Translations under genes and position numbers: made by a program | Part shown: piece after piece, positions 1 to 12,589 of the stretch | How the letters are laid out: every line of letters starts with the position of its first letter | Position numbering within the stretch: the first letter of the stretch is position 1 | DNA from: Octopus sinensis | Lineage: Eukaryota | Reading direction: 5' to 3' | DNA: 64,000 nt | Assembly (NCBI RefSeq): GCF_006345805.1 | Contig: NC_042999.1 | Location: 14,198,001-14,262,000, forward strand | Notes under the pieces: model-generated | What the model was told of the DNA's origin: nothing | Databases searched by the model: none | The model's input: only the letters and a program-made list of their open reading frames with translations

Positions 1-439
1 TGACTATTTTCCTTATCCCACAAAAGCTCTTGCTAATAAAAATAAGAGATTCTTGCAGTTAAAGGTTATAGTGAAAAAAATCCTTAGATCCTGCATATAT
101 ATATATATATATATATATATGTAATATGTACAATACAGATACATATAAATACAATATATTTTCCAATGTTTTTTTACATTCTTAATTAAGTTACTGCTAT
201 GTACTATAGAACATGTCTAAAGATTTAGTAACCAACACTGTGTCACGACGAATGTAGACATTACGTCTATACGATATGCTCATCATAAGCGACAGTGTAA
301 TCACAAGGAAGGTACACTGCATGCCCATTGTTAAAGGGGTGCACTGGACATTGCCCCTTCACTATTCAATGGTGCATCCTCAGATTAACCCCACTTTAGT
401 GATTCTGCTTTTGCATCATTACAAATTAGTGCCCACCAA

Positions 440-1874
440 GAATATCTTCAAGTACCTATTTCTTTACTGCCCACAAGGGGCTAAAAATGTAAACATAGGT
501 GAAATACCTATTTCTTTACTACCCACAAGGGGCTAAACACAGAAGGGACAAACAATGACAGACAAACGGATTAAGTAGATTATATCGACCCCAGTGCGTA
601 ACTGGTACTTAATTTATCGATCCCGAAAGGATGTGTAGCAATATCGTCTCTCATTGCTATCTTCACTGTTTGAGAAGAGTATTAAGAATGACCTCGGTCG
701 AGATTACAAACAGCTTTGGCTAGTTCAACATTGTTGTAAACACTAATTCGATTGGCTGACACGTTGGTCTCTACTACGCTCGCACCGCTGGTTATAACTT
801 GGCGCAAAATGTCTCGACTTATTTTCGCGCCATAGTCCAAGCAGCCAATCACAGCTTTCCATTTCTGAAGTTCACTGGGAGCCTGGTGAAGCTTATAAAT
901 AAGGTTTCTCAGAAAAATATTCGTCTTAGGTTTCTAGTTCTTCTCAGAGCTAAACCTCTGACCACACAGCTCGTCTTAGGCTTTTAGTTCTTTTAAGAGC
1001 TAAGTCTCTGACCACACAGAGATACTCGACCAAGTTCCAGTTTCGAGGCAGGCGACCACCATTAATACAAGATGTTACAGATACCTCTCATACTGTTAGT
1101 GTGAAATATCACCATGAAGAAAACGGTTACAGGATATCTATAACTAGAGAAAAATAACCAAGCAGAACATATAATGAAGAAGCAGCAAGAACCAATCGAC
1201 AAACATCGAAGATTTAAATTGTACACGAGACAACTACAGATTCAACTATAGCGGTTAGGTGAAATTCTCGCCACGAAGAAAACGGCTACAGAAACATGTC
1301 TGGAAGTATATTCATATCAAGAGAAAGATAAACACAACGAGTGATTCAATTAATCTCAACTGCGACACGCAATACCTTGATATAGAACTCTTACAGTGTA
1401 CCTCATAAACGGTAAATCAATTATCTGTTTCTTGGGTTCTAGATTCTTCTAAGAACTATCTTAAGCCATCTGTTATTACCTGTTGCCAAGCCGATACCAA
1501 CAACATGAACTGTGAATAGAATCCCATCGTCATTTCACTGGTCAGTACCTTTTCACGCCTAACGAACACACAGACACAAAAACATGCTAACACTTACGAA
1601 CTTCCAACATCAAGCATGATTGTAAAATATGTAAAATAAATAATGTATATATCTTAAAAAGAAAACTTGTTGTCATTGCAAACTTATGTGTATTGCCGCT
1701 GCATGTATTATATAGTCAGTAAATAAATTATTAAGAATAGGATCACGTTCTTATTTTTATAGATGAAAGGCAAAGTCGACTTCGGCGGAATTTGAACTCA
1801 GAACGTAACGGCAAACGAAATACTGCTAAGCATTTCGCCCGGCGTGCTAACGTTTCCGCCAGCTCACCGCCTTA
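440..1874 (-). mobile_element. tRNA-derived SINE family B (head GGCGGCGAGCTGGCAGAAACGTTAGC), split by a 1.1 kb insertion
   Basis: 3' part at 440-633 and 5' part at 1762-1874 join to give the same sequence as intact copies at 2434, 22021, 24636 and 50121. Confidence 0.85.
634..1761 (+). mobile_element. Probable solo LTR (1128 bp)
   Basis: Clean insertion into a SINE with 4-bp TSD GATG (630-633, 1762-1765). Starts TGTAGCAATA and ends TATTTTTATA (decayed inverse). Contains CCAAT boxes, TATAAATA at ~894 and a ~48 bp internal direct repeat (~920-1018). Confidence 0.65.
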
Positions 1875-2433
1875 ATATCTTCAAGCACCACCAGGCACAA
1901 AAGTCTGGAGACGGGCCTGGTACGCTTTTGATGGTGACGATTCAAACAAGAACCAAAACGTACATACAACTGTTTCCCCCTTTTTTTGTCCACGAGTGTA
2001 TTGTATACACATAATGTTTACATTCGTCATAACATATAGGCCTATAATAGAAACGATCATTATTTCACTTTTTAGTCAGTGATGGCAGTTACATTCAATT
2101 TTATTCATGCGTGCAAAATACAAAATCGTAAAAACTAGGTGGGTGACGAAAACGTCTGGAGAGAAACGAGACAGCCTTCTTTTAAAATGCCGGAAGTGGG
2201 TCAGCGATGTTATGTAGTGGTAATGATTTAGGAATTTGTCTTAGATATCATCGACAGCAAAAGCACATAAATAACCAATTAGTGCATTCTCACACCTGTG
2301 AGAACGCACTTGTTAGGTTGCTCTAGAGTACCCCACAGCTTTCTTTTTCTATCAGTTTCTTAGACTGGACCTTGGTGTACACAAAGGTACCCTTCAGTAA
2401 TCTTTGTGGGGCGTGATGAAACACAAATCGCTT

Positions 2434-3010
2434 AAGGCGGCGAGCTGGCAGAAACGTTAGCACGCCGGGCGAAATGCGTAGCTGTATTTCGTCTGCCGTT
2501 ACGTTCTGAGTTCAAATTCCGCCGAGGTCGACTTTGCCTTTCATCCTTTCGGGGTCGATTAAATAAGTACCAGTTACGCACTGGGACCGATATAATCGAT
2601 TTAATCCGTTTGTCTCTCCTTGTTTGTTCTCTCTGTGTTTGGCCCCTTGTGGGTAGTAAAGAAATAGGTATTTCATCTGCCGTTACGTTCTGAGTTCAAA
2701 TTCTGCCGAGGTCGACTTTGCCTTTCATCCTTTCGGGGTCGATTAAATAAGTACCAGTTACGCACTGGGGTCGATATAATCGACTTAATCCGTTTGTCTG
2801 TCCTTATTTGTCCTCTCTGTGTTTAGCCCCTTGTGGGTAGTAAAGAAATAGGTATTTCGTCTGTCTTTGTGTTCTGAGTTCAAATTCCGTTGAGGTTACT
2901 TTGACTTTCATCCTTTCGGGGTCGATTAAATAAGTACCAGTTTCGTACTGGGGTCGATCTAAGCGACTGGTCCCCTCCCCCAAAATTTCGGGTCATGTGT
3001 CTAGAGTAGA
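2434..3010 (+). mobile_element. SINE family B with tandemly reiterated ~180 bp 3' segment
   Basis: One head with A box (TGGCAGAAACG), then the B box/body/tail segment repeated about three times (from ~2484, ~2668, ~2851). Confidence 0.85.
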
Positions 3011-3141
3011 AAAAGAAAAACAAATCTCTTGTCCTTCATAAACTATTTCTTTTGCTTGTGATAAAATCTTGATACTTTTACAGAAAATTTGTCACTTGCA
3101 TATTTCTATCATTTCGGCTCTTTTTATTTTTTATTTTGTAT

Positions 3142-3536
3142 CCTTTACTTGTTTCAGTCATTAGACTGTGGCCATGCTGCAGCTGCAGCACTGCCTTGAA
3201 TAACTTTTAGACGGATGAATCGATCCCAGTGCTTAATTTTTTTTGTTTTTGAGCCTGGCACTTATTTTATCGGTCTGTTTTGCCGAGCCGCTAATGTTAC
3301 GGGGGACATAAACACGCCAACACCTGTTATCAAACGGTGGTGGAGACGAACAAACACACACACACAGACACACACTCAGGGCTGTTTTGAGTCTCCATCT
3401 ACCAAATCCACTCACAGGGCTTTGCTCTGCCCAAAGCTATTGTGGAAGACATCTGTCCAAGGTACCACGTAATGCGACCGAACCCGGAATCATATGGTTG
3501 GGAAGCAAACCTCTTATTACACAGCCACGACTGCGC
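3142..3536 (-). mobile_element. CORE-type tRNA-derived SINE family A
   Basis: Reverse complement matches the family consensus: A box TGGCTGTGTGG, B box GGTTCAGTCCC, CORE-like GCACCTTGGGCAAGTGTCTTCTA, internal (TG/TA)n, tail (GTAAAAGA)n. Confidence 0.85.
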
Positions 3537-4723
3537 TCTATTTAGTTTACATTAATTTCTATATCAAGGCACCTTCTGTTGAACAACTACTGTGTTTTTT
3601 TTATTTATGAGGTACTGGTTTATGCTCTAAAGTGCACTTGAATTCTCCGCTATTAACGTCCTCTTGTGCTTTCACAAGCTTTTAGATAAAGCTTACCCTG
3701 TCTTCTTTCTTCCGGTAATTTTATTTCTTTATGGCTTCTTACGTCCCCATTGACACAAGACGGTGGGTCGGTATTATAAATTGGAGGAAAGAAGGTTTTC
3801 TGCGCATCAGGGTCTGAGACTGACAGTAAAACAGATTCTCTGGCCCTTTGCAGATACAGATTCGGCGCGGCCTGCTGTTCCTACAACTGTTGACAACTCT
3901 CTACTTTCATCTCTTTACTAACAGTGTTAGTTATGGTCAGGGAAAGGAATATCTGGTCACTAGCTTCAAAACCTGCTACAAAGTGAGTACCATAATCGTC
4001 CATGTCTGGTGCTTCGATCATTTTACTCAAAAGTCGACTCTCGGAATCTACTCATTCTTCATTTTCCCCCAGCATTTGAAGGTAGAGAGCTTGGAAAGTC
4101 CAGGAACTGGGCTTTCTGCCCGATTCTGTCAACCTTGTTGTTCTTGAGTCAGTACCCTCAATGGAACATCTCTTGAACGATTCTCAGTAATCATAAGAAG
4201 TATTACAAGTCCATGCTGACTCCCATCCACATTTCTTTTCTCGCTTCTTATCAACCATATATGTGTGTGTGTGTGTGTGTCGTTGTTGTTGTTGTTGTAA
4301 AGCGGTCTTTTGCCACTGCTGTATCTGTCTTTTGACGACGGTTGTCGCTCTGACTGATATTGTTATATTCCGAAGTCGTCGACAGAATGGTTCTCTCAGG
4401 CACTATACAACCCCCAGTCGTATAGTGTTATCATCCTCAAAAGGTTGGATCGTATAACGTCCACTCAGTATCGCAGTATAATTACTATATCAGCGCAGAC
4501 ACGACTATCAACACAGTCTACACGTATTCTCGACCTTCCTCTGTTGGCTGGCTATTACTACTTTTTACCGGGTGGAGTGTACAGTTTCACTATACAACAC
4601 AAATATATATATGTGTGTGTGTGAGAGAAAATAAGTTCAAGTAGAACAATTCAAACTTATAAATTTCTAATGAACATTTTTCATATCAAAATAATAGCTA
4701 GCTACAGCAAGCATTTAAAATAT

Positions 4724-5074
4724 GTAAAAAGTTTGTTATAGGCATGTATAAGATAAAAATCTTATATAAAACACCACTAACAGAAAAATAGAGAAGAGAT
4801 GTTAAATGTTCAAATTGGAATTTAAATTTCACATGACCGTTTCGAATGATAATGTTAAAATGTAAAAAAAACAAAAAAAAAAAACATTAATGGTAATACA
4901 TAACTAATGTGATTAATGTTTTTCTAACATGTTGGTATTATTATTCGAAACGGTCGTATGAGAAAATTAAATCCTAATTTGAACTTTTAACATCTTCTTT
5001 TCTCCTTTTTTCTAACTGTTAGTAGTGTTTTATATAAGATTTTATCTTATGCATGCCTATAACAAACATTTTAC
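4724..5074. repeat. Fold-back element with ~140 bp inverted arms
   Basis: gtaaaaagtttgttataggcatgtataagataaaaatc...gaccgtttcgaat is the near reverse complement of attcgaaacggtc...gattttatcttatgcatgcctataacaaacattttac. Confidence 0.8.
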
Positions 5075-5078
5075 TTGT

Positions 5079-5114
<36 letters not shown>

Positions 5115-5244
5115 ATATATATATATTTAAAATGAAACGGCCACAGCTCATGAGCTATGGCGGTGCCCCAGCACGGCCACAGCTCATGAGCTGAAACTAG
5201 AATCAATCAATCAATCAATCATATCTTTGTAAAACGATATATAT

Positions 5245-5443
5245 GTGACCGCGTGTGTATCGTTGGCGATTTTCTTTCTCCGTCTTCCCTTCTCTGGACT
5301 TTTTCGTTTTTTTTCTATATTTCTGACGAAGAGCTCCGCTCGAAACGTTAAACCCTCCTTCTTTCTTTCCTTTCATCAGCATCTAATAATACTATACTTG
5401 TTTCACGTCCTCGCGTTTCTTTTCTCTTTGTTCATGTTTTGAT

Positions 5444-5448
<5 letters not shown>
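5245..5448 (+). mobile_element. ~200 bp non-autonomous hammerhead-bearing element (family D, PLE pLTR/retrozyme-like)
   Basis: Homologous to 17543-17740, 42393-42625 (minus) and partial copies at 53820-54050, 61125-61220 and 27690-27770. Flanked by (TA)n. Confidence 0.75.
5319..5353 (+). ncRNA. Minimal type-I hammerhead ribozyme, intact core
   Basis: AUUU-CUGACGA-A-GAGC(UCC)GCUC-GAAAC-GUU-AAAC: core CUGAnGA/GAAA, 4-bp helix II, palindromic ACGU helix III, 3-bp helix I. Confidence 0.75.
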
Positions 5449-5504
<56 letters not shown>

Positions 5505-5842
5505 GTTTTGCAAAGATAACTACGAGTTAGGATGAATATAACATACTATGCTCCTTACTGTCACATATTTTTATATTACATTATGAAAGAGGGAACAAGC
5601 TTGTGAAGCTTGTTCTTTTGCATAATATTTGCCTGTGTTCAACATTCCACCACGGTTTTGAAAGTCGGGCAGAGGTTAGTCTTTATTCATCTACATGTAC
5701 AAAATGCAAGCCCATGCATCTGCCATAGCTTTCCTAAACTTGTCTTTTACGGGTACAGAGAAGCTACAACCACCTCATCTCATGACACGATGATAGGCCA
5801 GTCGTCTCCTTACTTACGTCTATATGTTTATATCTTATTCGC

Positions 5843-6054
5843 TCAAATAGATGCAATTCTTATGAATGTAATTTTGTCAGTGTTTTTCATATCAGTCTGT
5901 GATTTGTTCATGCTTAAAATTCGACACCGGAGATTAACAAAACGCACTCTATAGGTACACCCTTTGCTTGGCGATGTCTTTGCCTCTGTGTGAACATCAA
6001 TGTTACTGTTACCGTCACCGAACGAATTCACATAATGCCTTAAACTATTTTTTC
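5843..6054 (-). CDS. Candidate terminal coding exon of an unidentified gene
   Basis: Acceptor TTGTGTTTTCAG at 6055. The phase-1 frame is open for ~70 codons (GKNSLRHYVNSF...RIASI*); the other two frames stop within 5 codons. AATAAA lies downstream (~5685). No family recognised. Confidence 0.35.
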
Positions 6055-6552
6055 CTGAAAACACAAGGTTCTCTTTTTTTCAAAACATGCAAAACGTGCG
6101 TGTGCTGCTGTAAAGCAGGTATGTTATTGTCTCTTTTTTTTTTGCCTTGATTATGCAAAATCGTTCGCTCCCCTCCCCACCACACTTTTTGCTTTGATAG
6201 GCGTTGCTTTGCAGGCTGGTCGCCATTACAAATGCTGCCGAGCCATTAACAAACCAAATGTTCGAATAAATTGAAATAAATTTCTTTTCTTTTTTCTTTT
6301 TATTTTAACGAAAAACAATTAATTAAAAATCCTTGCATTGTAAAGTAGGGCTACGCGATTTAAACGTAAAAATATTGATCCAATTTCTTGCAAAACAGGA
6401 GGCGTTAATATCCAATGCAACAGAAGGTGTTAATAATATCCATATGATGTTAAGTTAAACGAAATACAAAAAGGAATGGTAAAGAAAAGAACATGTTCGA
6501 TGGATTTCCTTTCTCTTCTTTTCAATGATAAGATATAACTAAGTAACCTTAC

Positions 6553-6630
6553 ACGCGAAGAATATTATTCAAGTTTTGGAAACCACAGGAAGGAACTGTT
6601 CTTAAGTCAATATCATGCACGAACAAAACC
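6553..6630 (-). CDS. Candidate LRR exon resembling glycoprotein hormone receptor (LGR type A) ectodomain
   Basis: Translates to VLFVHDIDLRTVPSCGFQNLNNILRV, versus TSHR exon 2 as I recall it ([24 protein letters not shown]). Ends in a phase-2 GT donor (GTAAGG, 6552) at the equivalent codon. Acceptor is weak. Confidence 0.5.
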
Positions 6631-7651
6631 CTATCTGCTCTGACTGATTCAATCATAATGTAATAATAATCATAATGCTTTCTACTATAAGCACAAGGCC
6701 TTAAATTTGGGGGAATGGGATAAGTCGATTATATCGACCCCAGTGTTTAACTGGTACTTATTTTATCGACCCTGAAAGTATAAAAGGCAAAGTCGGCCTC
6801 ACTCTCTCGCTCCACACACACACACGCACGCACACACATACACATACACAGAACGAAAGTATCTTTATAAGCCTGCCAAAGAACGTAGCTTTATTAGCTC
6901 AACCTGCTGGAAATAGAAACTAAGTTTCCCTCAAACCATAGCCTTACATTTCAAATATGTAGAGAGTATGAAGAGCTGAACGAAATGCCTCTAAGTATTT
7001 TAACCGGGGAGCTAAAGATTCTACCAGTTTGTCCTTTAAAATAGTCTCTGATTTAGGTATAAGGACAACAGTTTTGAGAAAAAGGGGTTAAGTCAATTCT
7101 ATTGACCCCAGATTTTGACTGGTAGATATTTTATCGGTCTTAAGAGGATGAAAGGCATAGGTGGATTCGTTTGGTGACGGTAACAATAACATCGACTCTA
7201 GTTTTTGAATTTGATTATAACTTTAATTTATCAACCCAGAAGGGCTGAAAGGCAAAGTTGACCATGGTGAAATTCGAACTCAGAACGTAGAGTGCGAGGA
7301 AATACTGCATGGCATTATTTCTGACGATCTAACCAATTTGCCAGCTCGCCAACTTAAAAATGGCTTCTCATTTAGTTACAAGGACAATAACTTTCAATTG
7401 TTGGCTAAGTTGATTCCATCAGTTCCGGTTTGTGACTTCAGTTTTCAACTTAGTTTATAGACCCTGAAAAGATGAAAGGCAATGTTGACCTTAGTAGAGT
7501 TTGAAACTAAGAAGTAAAGAACTGGGACGATAATAGTTTCTTATTTAAACAGATGGCCAGCAATTTGAGGGAGAAAGAGTTGTAGACTCCCCCAACCTCT
7601 TTACTTTATTCTATCGACAACGGGAATATTGAATGGGAAATTTGACCTTCC

Positions 7652-8042
7652 TCTTTTACTTGTTTCAGTCATTTGACTGTGGCCATGCTGGAGCACCGCC
7701 TTTAGTTGAGAAAATTGACCCCAGGACTTATTCTTTGTAAACCTAAAACTTATTCTATCGGTCTCTTTTGAAGAACCGCTAAGTTACGAGGACGTAAACA
7801 CACCAGCATCGATTGTCGAGCGATGTTGGGGGGACAAACACTCACACACACACACACATACACATACATACACATATATGACGGGCTTCTTTCAGTTTCC
7901 GTCAAGCAAATCCACTCACAAGGCTTTGGTCGGCCCGAGGCTATAGTAGAAGACGCTTGCCCAAGGTACCACGCAGTGTGACTGAACCTGGAACCATGTG
8001 GCTGGTAAGCAAGCTACTTACTACACAGCCACTTCTACGCCT
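7652..8042 (-). mobile_element. SINE family A
   Basis: Full-length match to the other copies in this window. Confidence 0.9.
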
Positions 8043-8358
8043 ATGTGGAATACGAACTCAGAATGTTGAGCCAGATTCTCGACGGAATTTCATAGCATTT
8101 TCCCCACAAGCAGAACAAAAGACAGGAATAAATTTTGCACACTGAGCGTAAACTACATTAAAGTGTTGCAACCGAACATGTTGTGTAGGTAAGACACACG
8201 AATTCAGAGTATATTCCTAAGTTTAAATTAGTTAGTCGTTGGAGTGAGTGATCAAAAATTGAATCATGTTTGTCTTAAGTTGAGCACAGTGCAATAGACA
8301 ACATGCTTCAGTTAACCAACTTGTCTGAAAATAGATATCAGCTACTTGACATAGATGA

Positions 8359-8511
8359 ATGGTCATATTTAGAAAGCCTGCACAACCACTAACTTTTATC
8401 TATATATATATATACACTCACACAGACACTCACACAAACGCGCATGTATCCACCTCGAAGCAAAACCTCATATGTGCATGTATGTACATTCACGAACATA
8501 CACACATACAC

Positions 8512-8585
<74 letters not shown>

Positions 8586-8600
8586 ATATATATATCTCTG

Positions 8601-8635
<35 letters not shown>

Positions 8636-8755
8636 CATATTTGATTTTTTGATTTTTGATTTTTCCAGTTTCAGCTCATGAGCTGTGGCCATGCTAGGGC
8701 ACCGCCATTTATATATACATATATATATATATATACATATATGTATATATGAATG

Positions 8756-8793
<38 letters not shown>

Positions 8794-8797
8794 ATAT

Positions 8798-8872
<75 letters not shown>

Positions 8873-8994
8873 GATATATATATATATATTATATATATAT
8901 ATACATGTCCATACATGCATATAGGTGTGTGTGTCTGTGTATATATATATATATATATACATACATGCGCATACATGCATGTAAGTATGTGTGT

Positions 8995-9031
<37 letters not shown>

Positions 9032-9126
9032 TGTGCGTGCGTGCACGTATTTGGATATAGTCAGGTCTTACAGGGCATAAGCGAATGCGTTTTAATGTCA
9101 ACTATTCACCTATGAAACAGATCTGG

Positions 9127-9184
<58 letters not shown>

Positions 9185-9360
9185 CACGCACGTGCACACA
9201 CACAAACACACATCCTACAAAACATGCCTATTCAAATAACATACATTCTCACATCTGTACATGTGTACGTACATGTGTTCGCGCGCGCGTGTATACACGT
9301 GTTTGTATGTATGTATGTATGTTCGTGTGTGTGTGTGTGTGTGTGTGTTTGTTGAGTATA
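8359..9360. repeat. Compound microsatellite block (TA, TCTA, CA, GA, TG)
   Basis: Direct reading; explains the YI/HT/VC-rich pseudo-ORFs. Confidence 0.95.
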
Positions 9361-9493
9361 TAACCAATTAGCCAGTGTTGCGTATATTCATCAATGATGC
9401 ATATCGATCCCTTGAAATAGATTTGTAGTTAAGAGTAACGCCTACGTTACGCAGACACACACTCTGTTCCTTACACTCACACACTCACAGACA

Positions 9494-9533
<40 letters not shown>

Positions 9534-10093
9534 TGTGTATGGAAAGGAAGGTTGTTTCTAGTTGAATACTTTTCCATTGTGAACCGTTCAACTATGACGA
9601 GAGTAGAGCGTAAAATACTTACACACCCTATAAACAAACACATACACAGCACTACATACCATCTGGCTCCTGTTAATTACATTAGGGCACTCTGCTTTAC
9701 ATACATGTATACACCTATACCCTACCTTGTGTATGTGTGTTTGTGTGTTTATGTGTGTGTGTGTGCGCGTGTGTGTGTGTGTGCCTTCATGCATACATAC
9801 ATATAATTTTTAAGAAATCGATATCTATCCATTTATCTGTCTAGGTGTGTGTGTGTCTGTGTGTGTGTGCGTGTGTATGCTTGGAAATATAAATTAAGGT
9901 GACACCTTTGACAGGAATCGAACCATTGTTTGCCCAATGCCCCCTTCCCCACCAAAAAAATCAACAACAAATAAAAACAAAACAAAAAACAAAAAGCAAG
10001 AAATCAAAACCAGTCATCTAAGATATTGCATAATGTCTCGGCAGGATATACTCCAGATTATATCCGATTTGTTCGCACACACACACACACACG

Positions 10094-10126
<33 letters not shown>

Positions 10127-10632
10127 CACACACACACGCACACAACTGCATACAACCGCACACTCTTTCGTTCTTTCTCTCTCTCTCTCTCTCTCTCTCT
10201 CCACTCACACAGATAAAAGTGTCTTTATTAGCTAACCCAACCTGCTGGAAATAGTAAATAAGTTTCCCTCAAACCACAGCCTAACATCTTGAAACTGAAG
10301 GCGACATATTGAATTATATAGACTCGTATACAATATGAATACAAGTAGGAAACGAAAGGGTCACATCTAGAACGCTTTAATCACAGGTATGCTCGACTAA
10401 ATATTCAACTGCACTCGTTGATCAAATTCTTTTCTAATCAATGCAGCCATTGGAGAAGTTATCTCGGCAGTTGATACCCAATTTAAAAGCGAGGAAAGTA
10501 AGATTTTCTTCTCGTCTACTGGAAGCAGGGCCGGATTACGACCCATAGAGGCCCTAAGCACTTAAAATCTTTTGGTGTCCCCGTATATATGTCAGTCAAA
10601 ATATAAAAAAGTAACAAATCATAAAACAAATT

Positions 10633-11071
10633 CTTATTCTCTTTTCTCTTTTTCTCTTTTACTTGTTTCAGTCACCTGACTGCGGCCATGCTGGAGCACC
10701 GCCTTTAGTCGAGCAAATCGACCCCGGGACTTATTCTTTGTAAGCCTAGTACTTATTCTATCGGTCTCTTTTGCCGAACCTCTAAGTGACGGGGACGTAA
10801 ACACACCAGCATCGGTTGTCAAGCAATGCTAGGGGGACAAACACAGACACACAAACACACACACACAAACACACACACACATATATATATATACATATAT
10901 ATATGTGTGTGTGTGTGTGTGATGGGCTTCTTTCAGTTTCTGTCTACCAAATCCACTCACAAGGCTTTGGTCAGCCCGAGGCTATAGAAGACACTTGCCC
11001 AAGGTGCCACGCAGTGGGACTGAACCTGGAACCATGTGGTTGGTAAACAAGCTACTTACCACACAGCCACG
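10633..11071 (-). mobile_element. SINE family A
   Basis: Full-length, close to the copies at 34349, 46682 and 61789. Confidence 0.9.
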
Positions 11072-11966
11072 CTTCAAAATGAAACAAAATTTACAGTAAG
11101 ATGGAATATAATGTTTATTTTTTTGTATACTTCCTCTTCATATGTGAAAAGTTTTCTCCTACTTGTTTTAATTGCTAAGTCTTTGATCAGATTCTCCATA
11201 TAACACCAGGGACACTTCGAAATTATATTTCTGATCATATAAACTACATCAAATATTACTTTAGCAAGTTTAAAATGATTTCTCCTGTGCTATAAAACAT
11301 TTACCATTTCTGTGGTTCCACTCTTCCTTTGATGCCCCAAGCACGTGCTTATTTTGCTTAATGATTAATCCAGTGCTGACTCGAAGCATTTGAAGCCACT
11401 GAAAGCATCTTTATTTTCTGATCTACTGACAAGATGAAACACGAGTGTATCTTTTTGAAATGAGGGCTTAGTCCATGGAATGGCGTCACACTGCTTCACC
11501 AAATCATCAGAGGTTCAAGAGCCAGCAATTGGCACAGTGAGTCAGGGTAATCGTTTTGGGGGATGACGAGAGCCCCATTCTTAGTGACTTTCTGGGATGT
11601 GCTGTAACGTGAATATTGAACTGCGCATTGAAGCATTAGATAAAAGGGAATATGCAAGAATCGGAAGCTATCCACAATCACTATGGCAATTTCCCCAACA
11701 TACATATATACATTTTTTTTTCAACTGAAGTTCCCATCAAATTGTATTTCGAACAGTCTAGAACTTTTGTCTGAAGTTATAAAAAGCTGGTAATTTGAAC
11801 ACTCGAGAAGGGTTACCTTAGAATCTAAAATGTATACATATTCGACAAAGATAGTTACACTCGTGTTTTAGTCAACATACATACATACATACATACATAC
11901 ATACATACATACATACATACATACATACACAATTCTATATAATTACCTCCCCTACTCTCTATTATA

Positions 11967-12360
11967 TCTTTATATATAAAAGAGAGGTTGTGTGTCTGTC
12001 TCCTACGATTTAGATTCCTAACTACTCCAACATTTTGAGGTGCAGTTTAACCAAAACCGGGTATCTTATAGTCGTGATTCATATCGAGCCCTTCTGGGTA
12101 TTAGCGCGCGTCTACGATGAGTCTACGATTTAAAAAATTTACCATCATTTTTTTCCATTTTAATGCATTTTTTCGATATTATATAAGGGAAGTAACTCTC
12201 TAAAAATGTCTACGATGAGTCAACGATTTAAAATAAATTTACCATCATTTTTTCCCCATTTTTAATGCATTTTTTTGCTATTTTTTGGCTATAACTCTCT
12301 AAAAATGCTTATATAGTTATTTCCCTTACAAACCCGAGCAACGCCGGGCGATACTGCTAG
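11967..12360 (+). mobile_element. Non-autonomous Helitron
   Basis: 5' TC preceded by A (11966), subterminal hairpin CCCGAGCAACGCCGGG, 3' CTAG followed by T, no TSD. Homologous to 17750-18255. Confidence 0.85.
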
Positions 12361-12589
12361 TTTATAATAATAATGATAGACATATGTCACAACGGCTTTA
12401 ACTTGGACGTTCTCTCTATCTTTCATATTGAAAAGCTTTAGGTATCACATACACCCTTGCATAACTGTTTATTTTTCAATATAATATAGATTTACTTTGT
12501 ACACATGCAACATATTAACTATTGAATATAACATATATGGAAATGAATTTTGTTTATTGTGTGACCATTCCTGTGTAAGAATACAGCCT

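Noticed and set aside
236-300. Hairpin with ATGATGAG on the minus strand
   Set aside because: No C3 and no GAAA; not a hammerhead.
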